Source: Ferroglobus placidus DSM 10642 (lineage in GTDB: Archaea; Halobacteriota; Archaeoglobi; Archaeoglobales; Archaeoglobaceae). Taken from it: DNA of 32,000 nt. The notes beneath the pieces were generated by a model. The model worked only from the letters and a program-made list of their open reading frames with translations. It was not told the origin of the DNA and made no database searches. Shown here one piece after another: positions 8,413-17,348 of the stretch. Both the position numbers and the translations under genes were made by a program. Location of the stretch: the NCBI RefSeq assembly GCF_000025505.1, contig NC_013849.1, positions 1,500,001 through 1,532,000 of the forward strand, read 5' to 3'. Position 1 is the first letter of the stretch, and each line of letters begins with the position of its first letter.

Positions 8413-9866
8413 TGAGCCGCTTTTCATCTTTCATGCTCACAACCATCGAAGCCAAGCTCATCAGCGCCCTCGAAAAAGGAAAGCTTTACACTGTTGATGA
8501 AGCGTCGAAGCTGTCCGGGCTTAGTAAGGATGCCGTTTTAAAGGCTGCTTACCTCCTTCAAGAGAAGGGTTACGTGAAGGTTCACGAAAAAGTCTGGAAG
8601 GAATACGAGCTCACCGACGAGGGATTGAAGTATCTTGCCGAGGGCTTACCGGAAGAGAGACTTTACGAGGAGCTGACGAGCGGCTCTAAAGGTATAGCCG
8701 AACTCGAAAAGAAGTTTGGAAAAGAAGATTTGAAAATAGCCCTTGGCTGGTTGAGAAGAAAGGGAGCAATTAAAATTGAAAACGGCGTTGTGAAGCTCGT
8801 TTCGAAGCCGGAGTTTAAAGAGAGAGCCATTTTAAACGAAATTTACGAAAACAGGACTGCTGAAGTTGATAAAACGCTTTTAAAAGACCTTATAAGAAGA
8901 AAGCTCGTTAAAGAGGAGGAAGCTAAGGAAATTTTGATCGAAGTGGTTTCCAAACCCGAGGTTGAGTTGAAGGAGAAAATAACGGATCTAACTCCGGAGC
9001 TTTTAATAAGTGGAGAGTGGAGGGGAAAGGAGTTTTTAGAGTACGACATAAGAATTCCGGCAAGAGAAGTTTTTACAGCTAAAATTCACCCCTACGAGAG
9101 GATAATCAGAGAGTGCAGAAAGATATTCTTGGAGATGGGATTCACGGAAATAAAAGGTCACTACGTTCAATCTGCTTTCTGGAACTTCGACGCTTTGTTC
9201 CAACCTCAGGATCATCCGGCAAGGGAAATGCAGGATACATTTTACCTCGACAAGTATGTTGATATAGACGAGGAGCTTGCATATAGAGTTAAGGAGACTC
9301 ACGAAAATGGCTGGATTACCGGCTCCAAAGGATGGGGAGGAAAGTGGGACATAAACAAAGCGAGGCAGCTTGTTTTGCGAACTCACACCACAGCGATAAC
9401 AATCCACTACTTGGCGATGAACCCCGAGCCGCCAGTCAAGGCTTTCTGCATAGACAGGGTTTACAGGAGGGAAGCTATAGACGCTACTCACTTGCCAGAA
9501 TTCGACCAGCTTGAAGGTGTCGTTCTCGACGAGAACGTCGGATTCAAGGATTTGCTCGGTTTGCTGAAGGAGTTCTTCCTTAAAATGGGCTTCGAAGACG
9601 TCCGCTTCCGTCCGGGATATTTCCCCTACACCGAGCCGAGCGTCGAGCCGGAAGTTTACGTGGAAGGATTGGGCTGGATAGAGCTTGGAGGTGCTGGAAT
9701 ATTCAGGAAAGAAGTGACCGAGCCGTTGGGAATAAAGGGCAAGGTTCTCGCTTGGGGGCTCGGAATTGGTAGGCTTGCGATGCTCAGATTGGGAATGAAG
9801 GACTTGAGAATGCTTTACAATCCGGATTTAGGGTGGTTGAGGAATTTACCAGCTATAAAGAGATAA
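8412..9866 (+). CDS. pheS: Phenylalanyl-tRNA synthetase alpha subunit
   Basis: N-terminal winged-helix region plus class II aaRS motifs: FWNFDALFQPQDHPAREMQDTFYL, VFCIDRVYRREAIDATHLPEFDQLEG, GLGIGRLAMLRLG. Confidence 0.95.
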   Translation: MSRFSSFMLTTIEAKLISALEKGKLYTVDEASKLSGLSKDAVLKAAYLLQEKGYVKVHEKVWKEYELTDEGLKYLAEGLPEERLYEELTSGSKGIAELEKKFGKEDLKIALGWLRRKGAIKIENGVVKLVSKPEFKERAILNEIYENRTAEVDKTLLKDLIRRKLVKEEEAKEILIEVVSKPEVELKEKITDLTPELLISGEWRGKEFLEYDIRIPAREVFTAKIHPYERIIRECRKIFLEMGFTEIKGHYVQSAFWNFDALFQPQDHPAREMQDTFYLDKYVDIDEELAYRVKETHENGWITGSKGWGGKWDINKARQLVLRTHTTAITIHYLAMNPEPPVKAFCIDRVYRREAIDATHLPEFDQLEGVVLDENVGFKDLLGLLKEFFLKMGFEDVRFRPGYFPYTEPSVEPEVYVEGLGWIELGGAGIFRKEVTEPLGIKGKVLAWGLGIGRLAMLRLGMKDLRMLYNPDLGWLRNLPAIKR

Positions 9867-9903
9867 ACAAAACGATTATAAACTTCAACATTTAATTTTA
9901 TGT

Positions 9904-10455
9904 ATGGCCAAAGTTTTGATCGTCGCCGGAGATGCCGTGGAGGCTTTGGAGATCTTCTATCCTTACTACAGGCTGAAGGAAGAGGGGTTCGAAGTGCATG
10001 TGGCAGCTCCGAGCAAAAAGGAGCTGAACACGGTCGTTCACGATTTCGAAGAAGGATGGGAGACCTACACCGAAAAGAGGGGTTACGTTTTCAGATGGGT
10101 GGATTTAACTTTTGCTGAAGTCAAGCCGGAAGATTACGACGGGTTGTACATTCCGGGAGGAAGAGCTCCCGAGTACATAAGAACGTATCCCGAGCTTGAG
10201 AAAATAGTAAAGCACTTCTTCGAAGCTAACAAGCCTGTAGCTGCGATATGCCACGGTCCTCAGATTCTCGCGGCTTACGGATTGTTAAAGGGGAAGAGAG
10301 CCACCTGCTACCTTGCTGTAAAGCCGGATCTGATTTCCTGCGGAGCGGAGTACAAAGATGAGGAAGTCGTCGTGGACGGAAACTTGGTGACGAGCAGAGC
10401 TTGGCCGGACCTGCCAGCTTTGATGAGGGAGTTCATAAGATTGCTTAAAAAATAA
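9904..10455 (+). CDS. DJ-1/PfpI family protein
   Basis: Nucleophile elbow VAAICHGPQILAAYG and PGGRAPEYIR. Confidence 0.92.
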   Translation: MAKVLIVAGDAVEALEIFYPYYRLKEEGFEVHVAAPSKKELNTVVHDFEEGWETYTEKRGYVFRWVDLTFAEVKPEDYDGLYIPGGRAPEYIRTYPELEKIVKHFFEANKPVAAICHGPQILAAYGLLKGKRATCYLAVKPDLISCGAEYKDEEVVVDGNLVTSRAWPDLPALMREFIRLLKK

Positions 10456-10484
10456 CTCTTTATTTTTTATAAGAGTTTTTTATC
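10454..10484 (+). terminator. Candidate terminator: 7-bp stem followed by a T-run
   Basis: AACTCTT-tattttttat-AAGAGTT followed by TTT..tt, starting at the stop codon of the DJ-1/PfpI gene. Confidence 0.45.
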
Positions 10485-10620
10485 GAGAGGAAAAAGCGTA
10501 CCTTTAACTTTTTTCGAAAAGAGCGATCTAAGTAAAGATAATCAATTAGTATAATTGCAAGACGATTGAAGAACGCTGACGATACATCTTTATATTTTGT
10601 GTCGAACATAATCATGGGAA

Positions 10621-13083
10621 ATGAGCGAGAAGCTAACTCCGATGATGGAGCAGTATTACAGGATTAAGCAAAAGTACAAAGATGCTTTGCTATTCTTCAG
10701 AGTCGGAGACTTCTACGAGCTTTTTGATGATGACGCAAGAGTTGCTTCGAAGGAACTCGGAATCGTGCTGACTTCGAGGGACAAGAAGCATGCGATGTGC
10801 GGAGTGCCGCATCACGCCGCTTACTCTTACATAAAAAAGCTGATAGAGAAAGGTTACAAGGTTGCGATCTGCGAGCAGGTTGAAGAGCCAACCGGAAAAA
10901 AGCTCGTTAGGAGAGAAGTCGTGAGGGTAATAACCCCCGGAACTGTCGTGGAAGAAGAGCTACTAACCACGGAAAGCAACTACCTAATGGCTCTCTTTAA
11001 AAGGGAAAAGGTGGCTCTCGCTTTCCTCGATGTCTCCACAGGAGAATTTTTCGTCACGAGCGTTAAAAATGTTGATGAGGCGATTTGCGAAGTTCTCAAG
11101 TATTCTCCTGTAGAGTGCTTAATTCCGGAAAGCTTCGAGGAAGTCGAGGAGTTGGAGAAGCTCGTTAAAAACGTTAGGAGAATTGAAGATGAGCAGTTTA
11201 ACCTGAAGAGGTCTCTGGAAGTTTTAAAAGACGTTGCAAATTTCCAAGCTCTGGAGTTGAGCGAGGAGGAAATTTTAGCTTGCGGAGCAGTTTTAAACTA
11301 CGCTAAAAACTCCCTTCTCTTTTCCAAACCAGCTTTAAAGCTTCAAAAACTGGAGAGATCAGAGTACATGGTTCTCGATTCGACGACGATCAAAAACCTC
11401 GAAATTTTCAGAAACCTTGTCGACGGCGGCAGAAGAGGAACTTTGCTCGACGTTATAGACAAAACTGTCACAGCGATGGGAAGCAGGTTGCTGAAGAAGT
11501 GGCTTCAGAGACCTCTTTTAGACGTAACGGAAATCGAGAGAAGGCTCGATGCTGTCGAAGAGTTGAAAGAAAAATCCTTCGTCAGGAGGGTTTTGAGAGA
11601 AACTCTTGAGGATGTCTACGATCTCGAAAGAATTATCACGAGGCTCGAACTCGGAAAAGCCAACCCAAAAGATCTCGTTGCTTTGAAGAACTCTCTTAAA
11701 GCTGTCGGAAAGATCAAGAAGTTCGATTTTCAATCTAAAAAACTTAGAGATCTCGTTTACGGAATGAATCCGATGGAAGAACTGTGTTCTTTAATAGAAA
11801 AGGCGATAGTGGAAGATCCTCCGGCAAACGTGAAGGATGGAGGAGTAATTAGGGAAGGATTCGACGAGGAGCTTGACGAGTTAAGAAAAGCGAAGAAAGA
11901 GCAGGAAGAGTTTATAAAACGATTGGAAGAGAGGGAAAGAAAGAGAACCGGAATAGATAATCTGAGGGTTGGTTACAATAACGTTTTCGGCTACTACATA
12001 GAGATACCGAAGAGCAAGGCTAAAAATCTGCCGAGGTATTACATTAGAAAGCAAACCCTCGTGAACGCTGAGAGGTTTACTATTCCGGAATTAAAGGATA
12101 GAGAGGAGAAGATTTTAGCTTACGAGGAGAGAATAAGAATTCTCGAGCAGGAGATTTTCGAGAGAATAAGAAGAGAAGTTGTCAGGCATGCTGAAAAGGT
12201 TAAGGATTCTGCCGAAAGGGTTGCTGAGCTCGACGTTCTCTGTTCTCTGGCTGAGGTTGCCACCCTCTACAACTACACCCGCCCAAAGGTGAACGAAGGC
12301 TTTGACATAATCATCAGAGACGGGAGGCATCCGGCGGTGGAAACAACAACGAAGTTCGTTCCGAACGACGTAAATCTGACGGAGAACAGCAGAATTTTAA
12401 TAATAACGGGTCCCAACATGGCTGGAAAATCCACTTATTTAAGGCAGGTTGCGTTGATAACGATTCTCGCTCAGATAGGGAGCTTCGTTCCGGCAAGTTA
12501 TGCTGTCGTAGGAATTGTGGACAAGATATTCACGAGAATAGGGCTTGTGGATGATATAACGAGAGGGAGAAGCACGTTTATGGTAGAGATGCTCGAAATC
12601 GGGAGAATTTTAAATAACGCAACAAAGAGGAGCTTAATTCTCCTTGACGAGGTCGGAAAGAGCACGGGAACGAAGGAAGGACTGAGCTTGGCTTGGGCTA
12701 TAATAGAGTACTTGCACGAGCTCGGAGCTAAAGTCCTTTTCGCAACCCACTATCACGAACTTTCGAAGCTTGAGAACGAGCTCGCTGGAGTGAAGAACTA
12801 CCATTTCAGGCTTAAGGAAGAGAACGGAAAGGTTGAGTTCGACAGGAAAATTAGGAGAGGTTTTTCTAAGGAAAGCTACGGGATAAAGATCGCGGAGATG
12901 GCTAATTTACCGAAGAGAGTTGTTGAAAGAGCCTACGAAATTTTGAATTCCGAGAACGTCAACGGGGAGGTGCCTGAAATAGTCGAGGAAATTTCGAAGA
13001 TTGACGTCATGAATCTGACTCCCGTTCAGGCTTTAGTTGAGCTTGAGAGGATTGTAAGAAAATGCAGAGAGTTGAAGAGCTGA
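10621..13083 (+). CDS. mutS: DNA mismatch repair protein MutS (MutS1-like)
   Basis: N-terminal FYE mismatch-reading motif (RVGDFYELF), Walker A GPNMAGKSTYLRQ, GRSTFMVEM, Walker B LILLDEVGKSTGT, ATHYHEL, and C-terminal MNLTPVQALVEL. Confidence 0.95.
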   Translation: MSEKLTPMMEQYYRIKQKYKDALLFFRVGDFYELFDDDARVASKELGIVLTSRDKKHAMCGVPHHAAYSYIKKLIEKGYKVAICEQVEEPTGKKLVRREVVRVITPGTVVEEELLTTESNYLMALFKREKVALAFLDVSTGEFFVTSVKNVDEAICEVLKYSPVECLIPESFEEVEELEKLVKNVRRIEDEQFNLKRSLEVLKDVANFQALELSEEEILACGAVLNYAKNSLLFSKPALKLQKLERSEYMVLDSTTIKNLEIFRNLVDGGRRGTLLDVIDKTVTAMGSRLLKKWLQRPLLDVTEIERRLDAVEELKEKSFVRRVLRETLEDVYDLERIITRLELGKANPKDLVALKNSLKAVGKIKKFDFQSKKLRDLVYGMNPMEELCSLIEKAIVEDPPANVKDGGVIREGFDEELDELRKAKKEQEEFIKRLEERERKRTGIDNLRVGYNNVFGYYIEIPKSKAKNLPRYYIRKQTLVNAERFTIPELKDREEKILAYEERIRILEQEIFERIRREVVRHAEKVKDSAERVAELDVLCSLAEVATLYNYTRPKVNEGFDIIIRDGRHPAVETTTKFVPNDVNLTENSRILIITGPNMAGKSTYLRQVALITILAQIGSFVPASYAVVGIVDKIFTRIGLVDDITRGRSTFMVEMLEIGRILNNATKRSLILLDEVGKSTGTKEGLSLAWAIIEYLHELGAKVLFATHYHELSKLENELAGVKNYHFRLKEENGKVEFDRKIRRGFSKESYGIKIAEMANLPKRVVERAYEILNSENVNGEVPEIVEEISKIDVMNLTPVQALVELERIVRKCRELKS

Positions 13084-13586
13084 AGAAAAAACTTGAGGAA
13101 ATTGTAAGAGAGCTCGAAGAAATGCAATCTCTCCTAAAAGTTAAAGCTCTGGGAGAAGCTGTAGAAAGGATTAAAATTGCCATCAAAGAGCTCGAAGGTT
13201 TTGAGAAGAAGGGAAGCGAAAGCTTTTCCCACTACGACTTGAAAATAAAGCTCCTCGAGATGTTTAAAGGCTCCCACTATCTCGAAAGCGAGAGGACAAA
13301 ACTAAGCAAGTTTGGAGTGAGACCGGATGCTGTAGTTATAAAAGACGACGCTGTCGTATTAATCGAAGTCGAGAAAGATAAAAAGAACTTTTTGAAAAAA
13401 GTTAGGAAGCTCAAAAAAGTTAAAGACAAGCTTTTGGAGAGTCCTATATTCACCGGAAGGAAAATCAAATTTGTTTTCGGGCTTGTTGAATTCGAGATCG
13501 ATGAAGAGCTTAAAAAAGAGGTTTTAAGTCTCGGTGATGCGGAAGTCTACTCCTCTTTTGGTGGCGAGTTGAAGAGGTTGCTTTAG
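13062..13586 (+). CDS. Hypothetical coiled-coil protein with a possible PD-(D/E)xK-like nuclease core
   Basis: Overlaps the mutS 3' end by 22 nt. Heptad-rich N terminus, then RPDAVVIKDDAVVLIEVEKDKKNF, which resembles PD..ExE(K) variants. Confidence 0.5.
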   Translation: MQRVEELKKKLEEIVRELEEMQSLLKVKALGEAVERIKIAIKELEGFEKKGSESFSHYDLKIKLLEMFKGSHYLESERTKLSKFGVRPDAVVIKDDAVVLIEVEKDKKNFLKKVRKLKKVKDKLLESPIFTGRKIKFVFGLVEFEIDEELKKEVLSLGDAEVYSSFGGELKRLL

Positions 13587-13615
13587 ATTACTATTGAGAA
13601 AACTTTCAAACAACT

Positions 13616-13642
13616 ATCCAACAATTGTATTAATATTTGGAT
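13616..13642. promoter_or_regulatory. Inverted repeat ATCCAA-N15-TTGGAT containing the palindrome ACAATTGT
   Basis: Read directly: ATCCAACAATTGTATTAATATTTGGAT, immediately upstream of the TATA-like element of the methyltransferase operon. Confidence 0.35.
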
Positions 13643-13661
13643 GATGTTCAGCTAAATGGAA

Positions 13662-13675
13662 AAAAGTTTAAATAT
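13662..13675 (+). promoter_or_regulatory. Archaeal BRE/TATA-like element AAAAGTTTAAATAT
   Basis: Lies about 32 nt upstream of the ATG at 13707. The identical 14-mer occurs at 22787..22800. Confidence 0.55.
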
Positions 13676-13694
13676 GATATTCTACAATGATTAA

Positions 13695-14732
13695 TTGGGT
13701 GTAAACATGACCCCAAAGGAAAGGATTAGGAAAATTTTCTCCAGGGAGAAGCCTGATAGGCTGGCATGTTTTAGCGGTATGGGTAACGTGACGGTAGAAG
13801 GTTTGAAGAAGTACGACTATGCCTTCTACGAAATTCACCTCGATGCAGAGAAGATGGCTAACGCTGCTTGCTCAAGTTACGAACTCTACGGATTTGAATG
13901 TGCAGTAGCTCCTTTCGATCTCGGTGTTGAAGCTGAGGTTCTCGGGGCTGAGATGAACTTCTACACCCACAAGGGCAAGGAGGACATAGTGTATCCGACG
14001 GTGAAGAAAAAAGCCATAAACGAGCCGGAAGATTTGAACGTTCCTGAAAAAATAGAAGAGAAGGGCAGAGTTCCACTTGTTTTAAAAGCCTTGGAAATTA
14101 TGCAGAAGAGAGTTGGAGAAGAAGTGCCGATTGCAACTTACATTCTCGGACCCTACACCTTAGCCGGGCAGATAATGGATTTGGAGAAGCTTTTAAAGAT
14201 GTCTTTCAAAAACCCCGACAGAATAAACGAGCTGCTCTCTCAGCTAACAGACTTCTTAGCCGAACTCGGAAGAATTTATCAGGATGCCGGTATAGATTAC
14301 TTGACAGTCAGAGAAATGGGCGCTCCAACAGACGTTTTAAGCCCAAGAATGTTCAAAAACCTAATCTTACCCCATCTGAAAGAGCTTTTCTTAAAGCTGA
14401 AAGAGCCAACGGTTTTGCACATTTGCGGAGATACGAACATGATAGTCGAATTAATGTGGCAGAGCGGAGCAACAGCGATAAGTGTTGAACAGAAGAATGA
14501 TGTGGCTAAAACAAGAGAAAAGCTCGGCGAAGAAGCTATAATTTTCGGAAACATAGACCCATACGGAACGCTCGTTCTTGGAACTCCTGAGGATATAAGA
14601 AATGCTGTCAAAAAGGCTATAGTGGGGGGAGTTAGCAGCGTTTGGCCGGGTTGCGATATTTGGCCAGCGGTCTCAAAAGAAAACATGCTCACGTTTGTTG
14701 AAGCTGTTAAGGAATTTGGAAAACTTCAGTGA
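13695..14732 (+). CDS. Uroporphyrinogen decarboxylase (UROD/MtaA/MtbA)-family corrinoid-dependent methyltransferase
   Basis: MTPKERIRKIFSREKPDRLACFSGMG, zinc-ligand-like LHICGDT and WPGCDIWP. The track start is a TTG; the ATG at 13707 is the likelier start. Confidence 0.85.
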   Translation: MGVNMTPKERIRKIFSREKPDRLACFSGMGNVTVEGLKKYDYAFYEIHLDAEKMANAACSSYELYGFECAVAPFDLGVEAEVLGAEMNFYTHKGKEDIVYPTVKKKAINEPEDLNVPEKIEEKGRVPLVLKALEIMQKRVGEEVPIATYILGPYTLAGQIMDLEKLLKMSFKNPDRINELLSQLTDFLAELGRIYQDAGIDYLTVREMGAPTDVLSPRMFKNLILPHLKELFLKLKEPTVLHICGDTNMIVELMWQSGATAISVEQKNDVAKTREKLGEEAIIFGNIDPYGTLVLGTPEDIRNAVKKAIVGGVSSVWPGCDIWPAVSKENMLTFVEAVKEFGKLQ

Positions 14733-14741
14733 GGTGATAGG

Positions 14742-15437
14742 ATGGTTGACGAAGCTAAAAGAAAGGAAATCTTGGAGAAGTTAAAGAGAGGAGTAGTTGA
14801 ATTCGATGAAGATCTCGTGAGGGAAGCAGCGAAGGAAGCTTTAGAAGTTGGAATGGATGCCCTCGATGCGATTATGAACGGACTCGTTGCGGGAATGGAA
14901 GAAGTTGGGGAGCTATTCGACAAAGGTGAGTACTTCGTTCCGGAAGTGCTGATGTGTGCTGACGCCCTTTATGCTGGACTCGAAATTCTTAGACCTCACG
15001 TGAAGAAGGAAGACATAAAGGTGAAAGGACAGGTCGTCATCGGAGTAGTGGAGGGAGACGTTCACGATATAGGCAAGAACCTCGTGAAGATGATGTTCGA
15101 AGTTGCCGGCTTTGAGGTAATTGATCTTGGAAAGGATGTCCCCCTCGAAAAGTTCGTGGAGGAGTCTTTGAAAAGTGATGCTGACATAGTTGCTTTATCG
15201 GCGATGATGACCACTACGATGCTCGGAATTCCCAAAGTCATTCAGATGATAAGAGAAAAGAATCCGAAAGCAAAGATTCTCGTTGGAGGTGCTCCGATAT
15301 CAAAAGAGACCGCCGAGAAGTGGGGAGCTGACGGGTGGGCTCCCGATGCGACTAATGCAGTGCAGGAAGCTATAAACATGATAAAAGGTTTAAAGAAAGA
15401 AATAATGGGAGAAGAAAAGGGGGAAGAGAAGAATTGA
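14742..15437 (+). CDS. Methyltransferase cognate corrinoid protein (MtbC/MtmC/MtoC-like)
   Basis: Cap domain FDKGEYFVPEVLMCADALYAGLEIL and the cobalamin-binding motif GVVEGDVHDIGKNLV (DxHxxG). Confidence 0.95.
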   Translation: MVDEAKRKEILEKLKRGVVEFDEDLVREAAKEALEVGMDALDAIMNGLVAGMEEVGELFDKGEYFVPEVLMCADALYAGLEILRPHVKKEDIKVKGQVVIGVVEGDVHDIGKNLVKMMFEVAGFEVIDLGKDVPLEKFVEESLKSDADIVALSAMMTTTMLGIPKVIQMIREKNPKAKILVGGAPISKETAEKWGADGWAPDATNAVQEAINMIKGLKKEIMGEEKGEEKN

Positions 15438-15446
15438 TCCTCTTCG

Positions 15447-17348
15447 GTGATTTTTATGGAAAAGTGTAAAATTATTTTTCAGCCTGAAGGTAAAAGAGGT
15501 GAGTTTCCCCCGGGAACAACTATTCTGGACGCTGCAAGGGAGATTGGTGTGGATATAGAAGCGATTTGTGGTGGAAAGCTTACTTGCGGGAAGTGCCAAG
15601 TCGTTATTGAGCAGGGTGAGGAAAACCTCTCCCAGATGACGGAAGATGAGAGGAGACTGCTTGACAAAAGAAAAGCCGGGAAAAACTATAGACTTGCTTG
15701 CGTAACAAGATTTTACGGAGACGTGGTTGTTTTCGTTCCGGAAGAGAGTAGAGGTGGAGAGCAGATAATTCTCAAAGAGGGTGTTGAAGTTTCGGTAACA
15801 ATAGACCCTGCTGTGAAAAAGTATTACCTTGAGCTTCCGAAGCCACATTTAAAAGATGATCTCGGAGATTTTGAAAGAATTTTAAACGCTTTAAGAGAGG
15901 ATTACGGAATAGAAAACGTCGATATAGATTACGAGGTTTTAAAAAAGCTTCCGGATGTTTTGAGGGAAAGCGATTGGAAAGTAACCGTTACAATCTGGAA
16001 CGATAGAGAAATAATTGACGTCGAACCCGGATATAAGGCTGAGAACGTTTACGGTTTAGCTGTTGACATCGGAACCACAACTGTGGTTGGCTATCTAACG
16101 GATTTGAGAACCGGTAAAATCCTTGCTATAGATTCAATGATGAATCCTCAGGTGCCCTACGGAGAAGATGTGATGAGCAGAATAACGTATGCGATGCAAA
16201 ATCCAGAGGGTCTGGAAGTTTTGAACAAAAAGATAGTGGAGGGAATAAATCAGATTCTTGTGAACGTTTGCAAAGAAGCGGGAATTAAGCCTGAAGAAGT
16301 TAGCGAAGTGACTATAGTTGGAAACACAGCCATGCACCACATTTTTCTGAAGATAGATCCGCAGTATCTTGCTGTAGCTCCATACGTCCCGGCAATTCAC
16401 CGATCTCACGATGTTAAAGCGAGGGACATTGGAATTAAGATTGCAAAAGGTGGAAACGTCCACGTTTTACCAATAGAGGCTGGATGGGTTGGTGCAGACA
16501 ACGTGGCTGTTCTGATAGCTACAGAGCCTTACAAAAGAGATGAAATGTGCTTGGTTATAGACATCGGGACGAATGGAGAAATTGTTCTGGGGAACAGAGA
16601 GAGACTGCTTTCCTGCTCAGCCGCAGCAGGACCGGCTTTAGAGGGTGCTCATATAAAACACGGAATGAGAGCAGCGACTGGAGCTATAGAGCGAATCAGA
16701 ATAGATCCAGAAACTTTCGAGCCGGAATACAAAACGATAGGCAACGCCCCTCCACGAGGAATATGCGGCTCTGGGATAATCGATGCGGCTGCCGAACTTT
16801 ACAGGGTTGGTATAGTTAAGAAGAACGGAAGGTTCAATCTCGATCTCGATACGCCGAGAGTTAGAGTTGTTGATGGACAGCCGGAGTACGTTATAGCTTG
16901 GGCAAATGAAACGGCTATAGGACACGATATAGTGATTACCCAGAAAGACATAAGAGAGATCCAGCTTGCGAAAGGAGCTATGTGTGCCGGAGCCCACATA
17001 CTCATGAAGGAAATGGGAGTTGAGAGTGTTGACAGAGTAATTGTTGCCGGAGCCTTCGGAAACTACATCGACAAGATTTCAGCTTTAATAATAGGTTTGG
17101 TTCCCGATGTGCCTGTGGATAGGATAGAGTCGGTAGGAAACGCTGCTGGAGTTGGAGCGAGACTCGCTTTGATAAGCAGAGAGAAGAGAAGAGAAGCTAA
17201 CGAGATCGCGAGGAAAGTTGAGCATATCAAGCTGGCTGTACATCCGGATTTCGAAAGGGAATTCTCGATGGCGATGTACTTCCCTCACATGGATAAGAAG
17301 AGGTATCCGAGGCATGAAGAGGTTTTGAAGGTGAGAGGTGCTGAGTAA
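15447..17348 (+). CDS. Corrinoid-activating protein (RACE/RamA-like) with N-terminal [2Fe-2S] ferredoxin domain and ASKHA-type C-terminal domain
   Basis: CGGKLTCGKC...RLACVTR [2Fe-2S] ligands; VYGLAVDIGTTTVVGYL, LVIDIGTNGEIVLG, AAAGPALEGAHIKHGMRAA. Confidence 0.92.
   Translation: MIFMEKCKIIFQPEGKRGEFPPGTTILDAAREIGVDIEAICGGKLTCGKCQVVIEQGEENLSQMTEDERRLLDKRKAGKNYRLACVTRFYGDVVVFVPEESRGGEQIILKEGVEVSVTIDPAVKKYYLELPKPHLKDDLGDFERILNALREDYGIENVDIDYEVLKKLPDVLRESDWKVTVTIWNDREIIDVEPGYKAENVYGLAVDIGTTTVVGYLTDLRTGKILAIDSMMNPQVPYGEDVMSRITYAMQNPEGLEVLNKKIVEGINQILVNVCKEAGIKPEEVSEVTIVGNTAMHHIFLKIDPQYLAVAPYVPAIHRSHDVKARDIGIKIAKGGNVHVLPIEAGWVGADNVAVLIATEPYKRDEMCLVIDIGTNGEIVLGNRERLLSCSAAAGPALEGAHIKHGMRAATGAIERIRIDPETFEPEYKTIGNAPPRGICGSGIIDAAAELYRVGIVKKNGRFNLDLDTPRVRVVDGQPEYVIAWANETAIGHDIVITQKDIREIQLAKGAMCAGAHILMKEMGVESVDRVIVAGAFGNYIDKISALIIGLVPDVPVDRIESVGNAAGVGARLALISREKRREANEIARKVEHIKLAVHPDFEREFSMAMYFPHMDKKRYPRHEEVLKVRGAE

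Noticed and set aside
9036-9491. 151-aa minus-strand ORF inside pheS (and a 60-aa plus-strand ORF at 9332..9514)
   Set aside because: Opposite or alternate frame to a strongly recognised pheS coding frame; compositions look like shadow translations.
14297-14692. 131-aa minus-strand ORF inside the UROD gene
   Set aside because: Shadow ORF within a well-supported CDS.
15390-15848. 152-aa minus-strand ORF opposite the activase gene
   Set aside because: Antisense to a confidently assigned [2Fe-2S]/ASKHA gene; no domain and the composition fits a reverse-complement shadow.
16547-16819. Plus-strand alternate-frame ORF in the activase gene
   Set aside because: Different frame from the conserved ASKHA coding frame; no recognised features.
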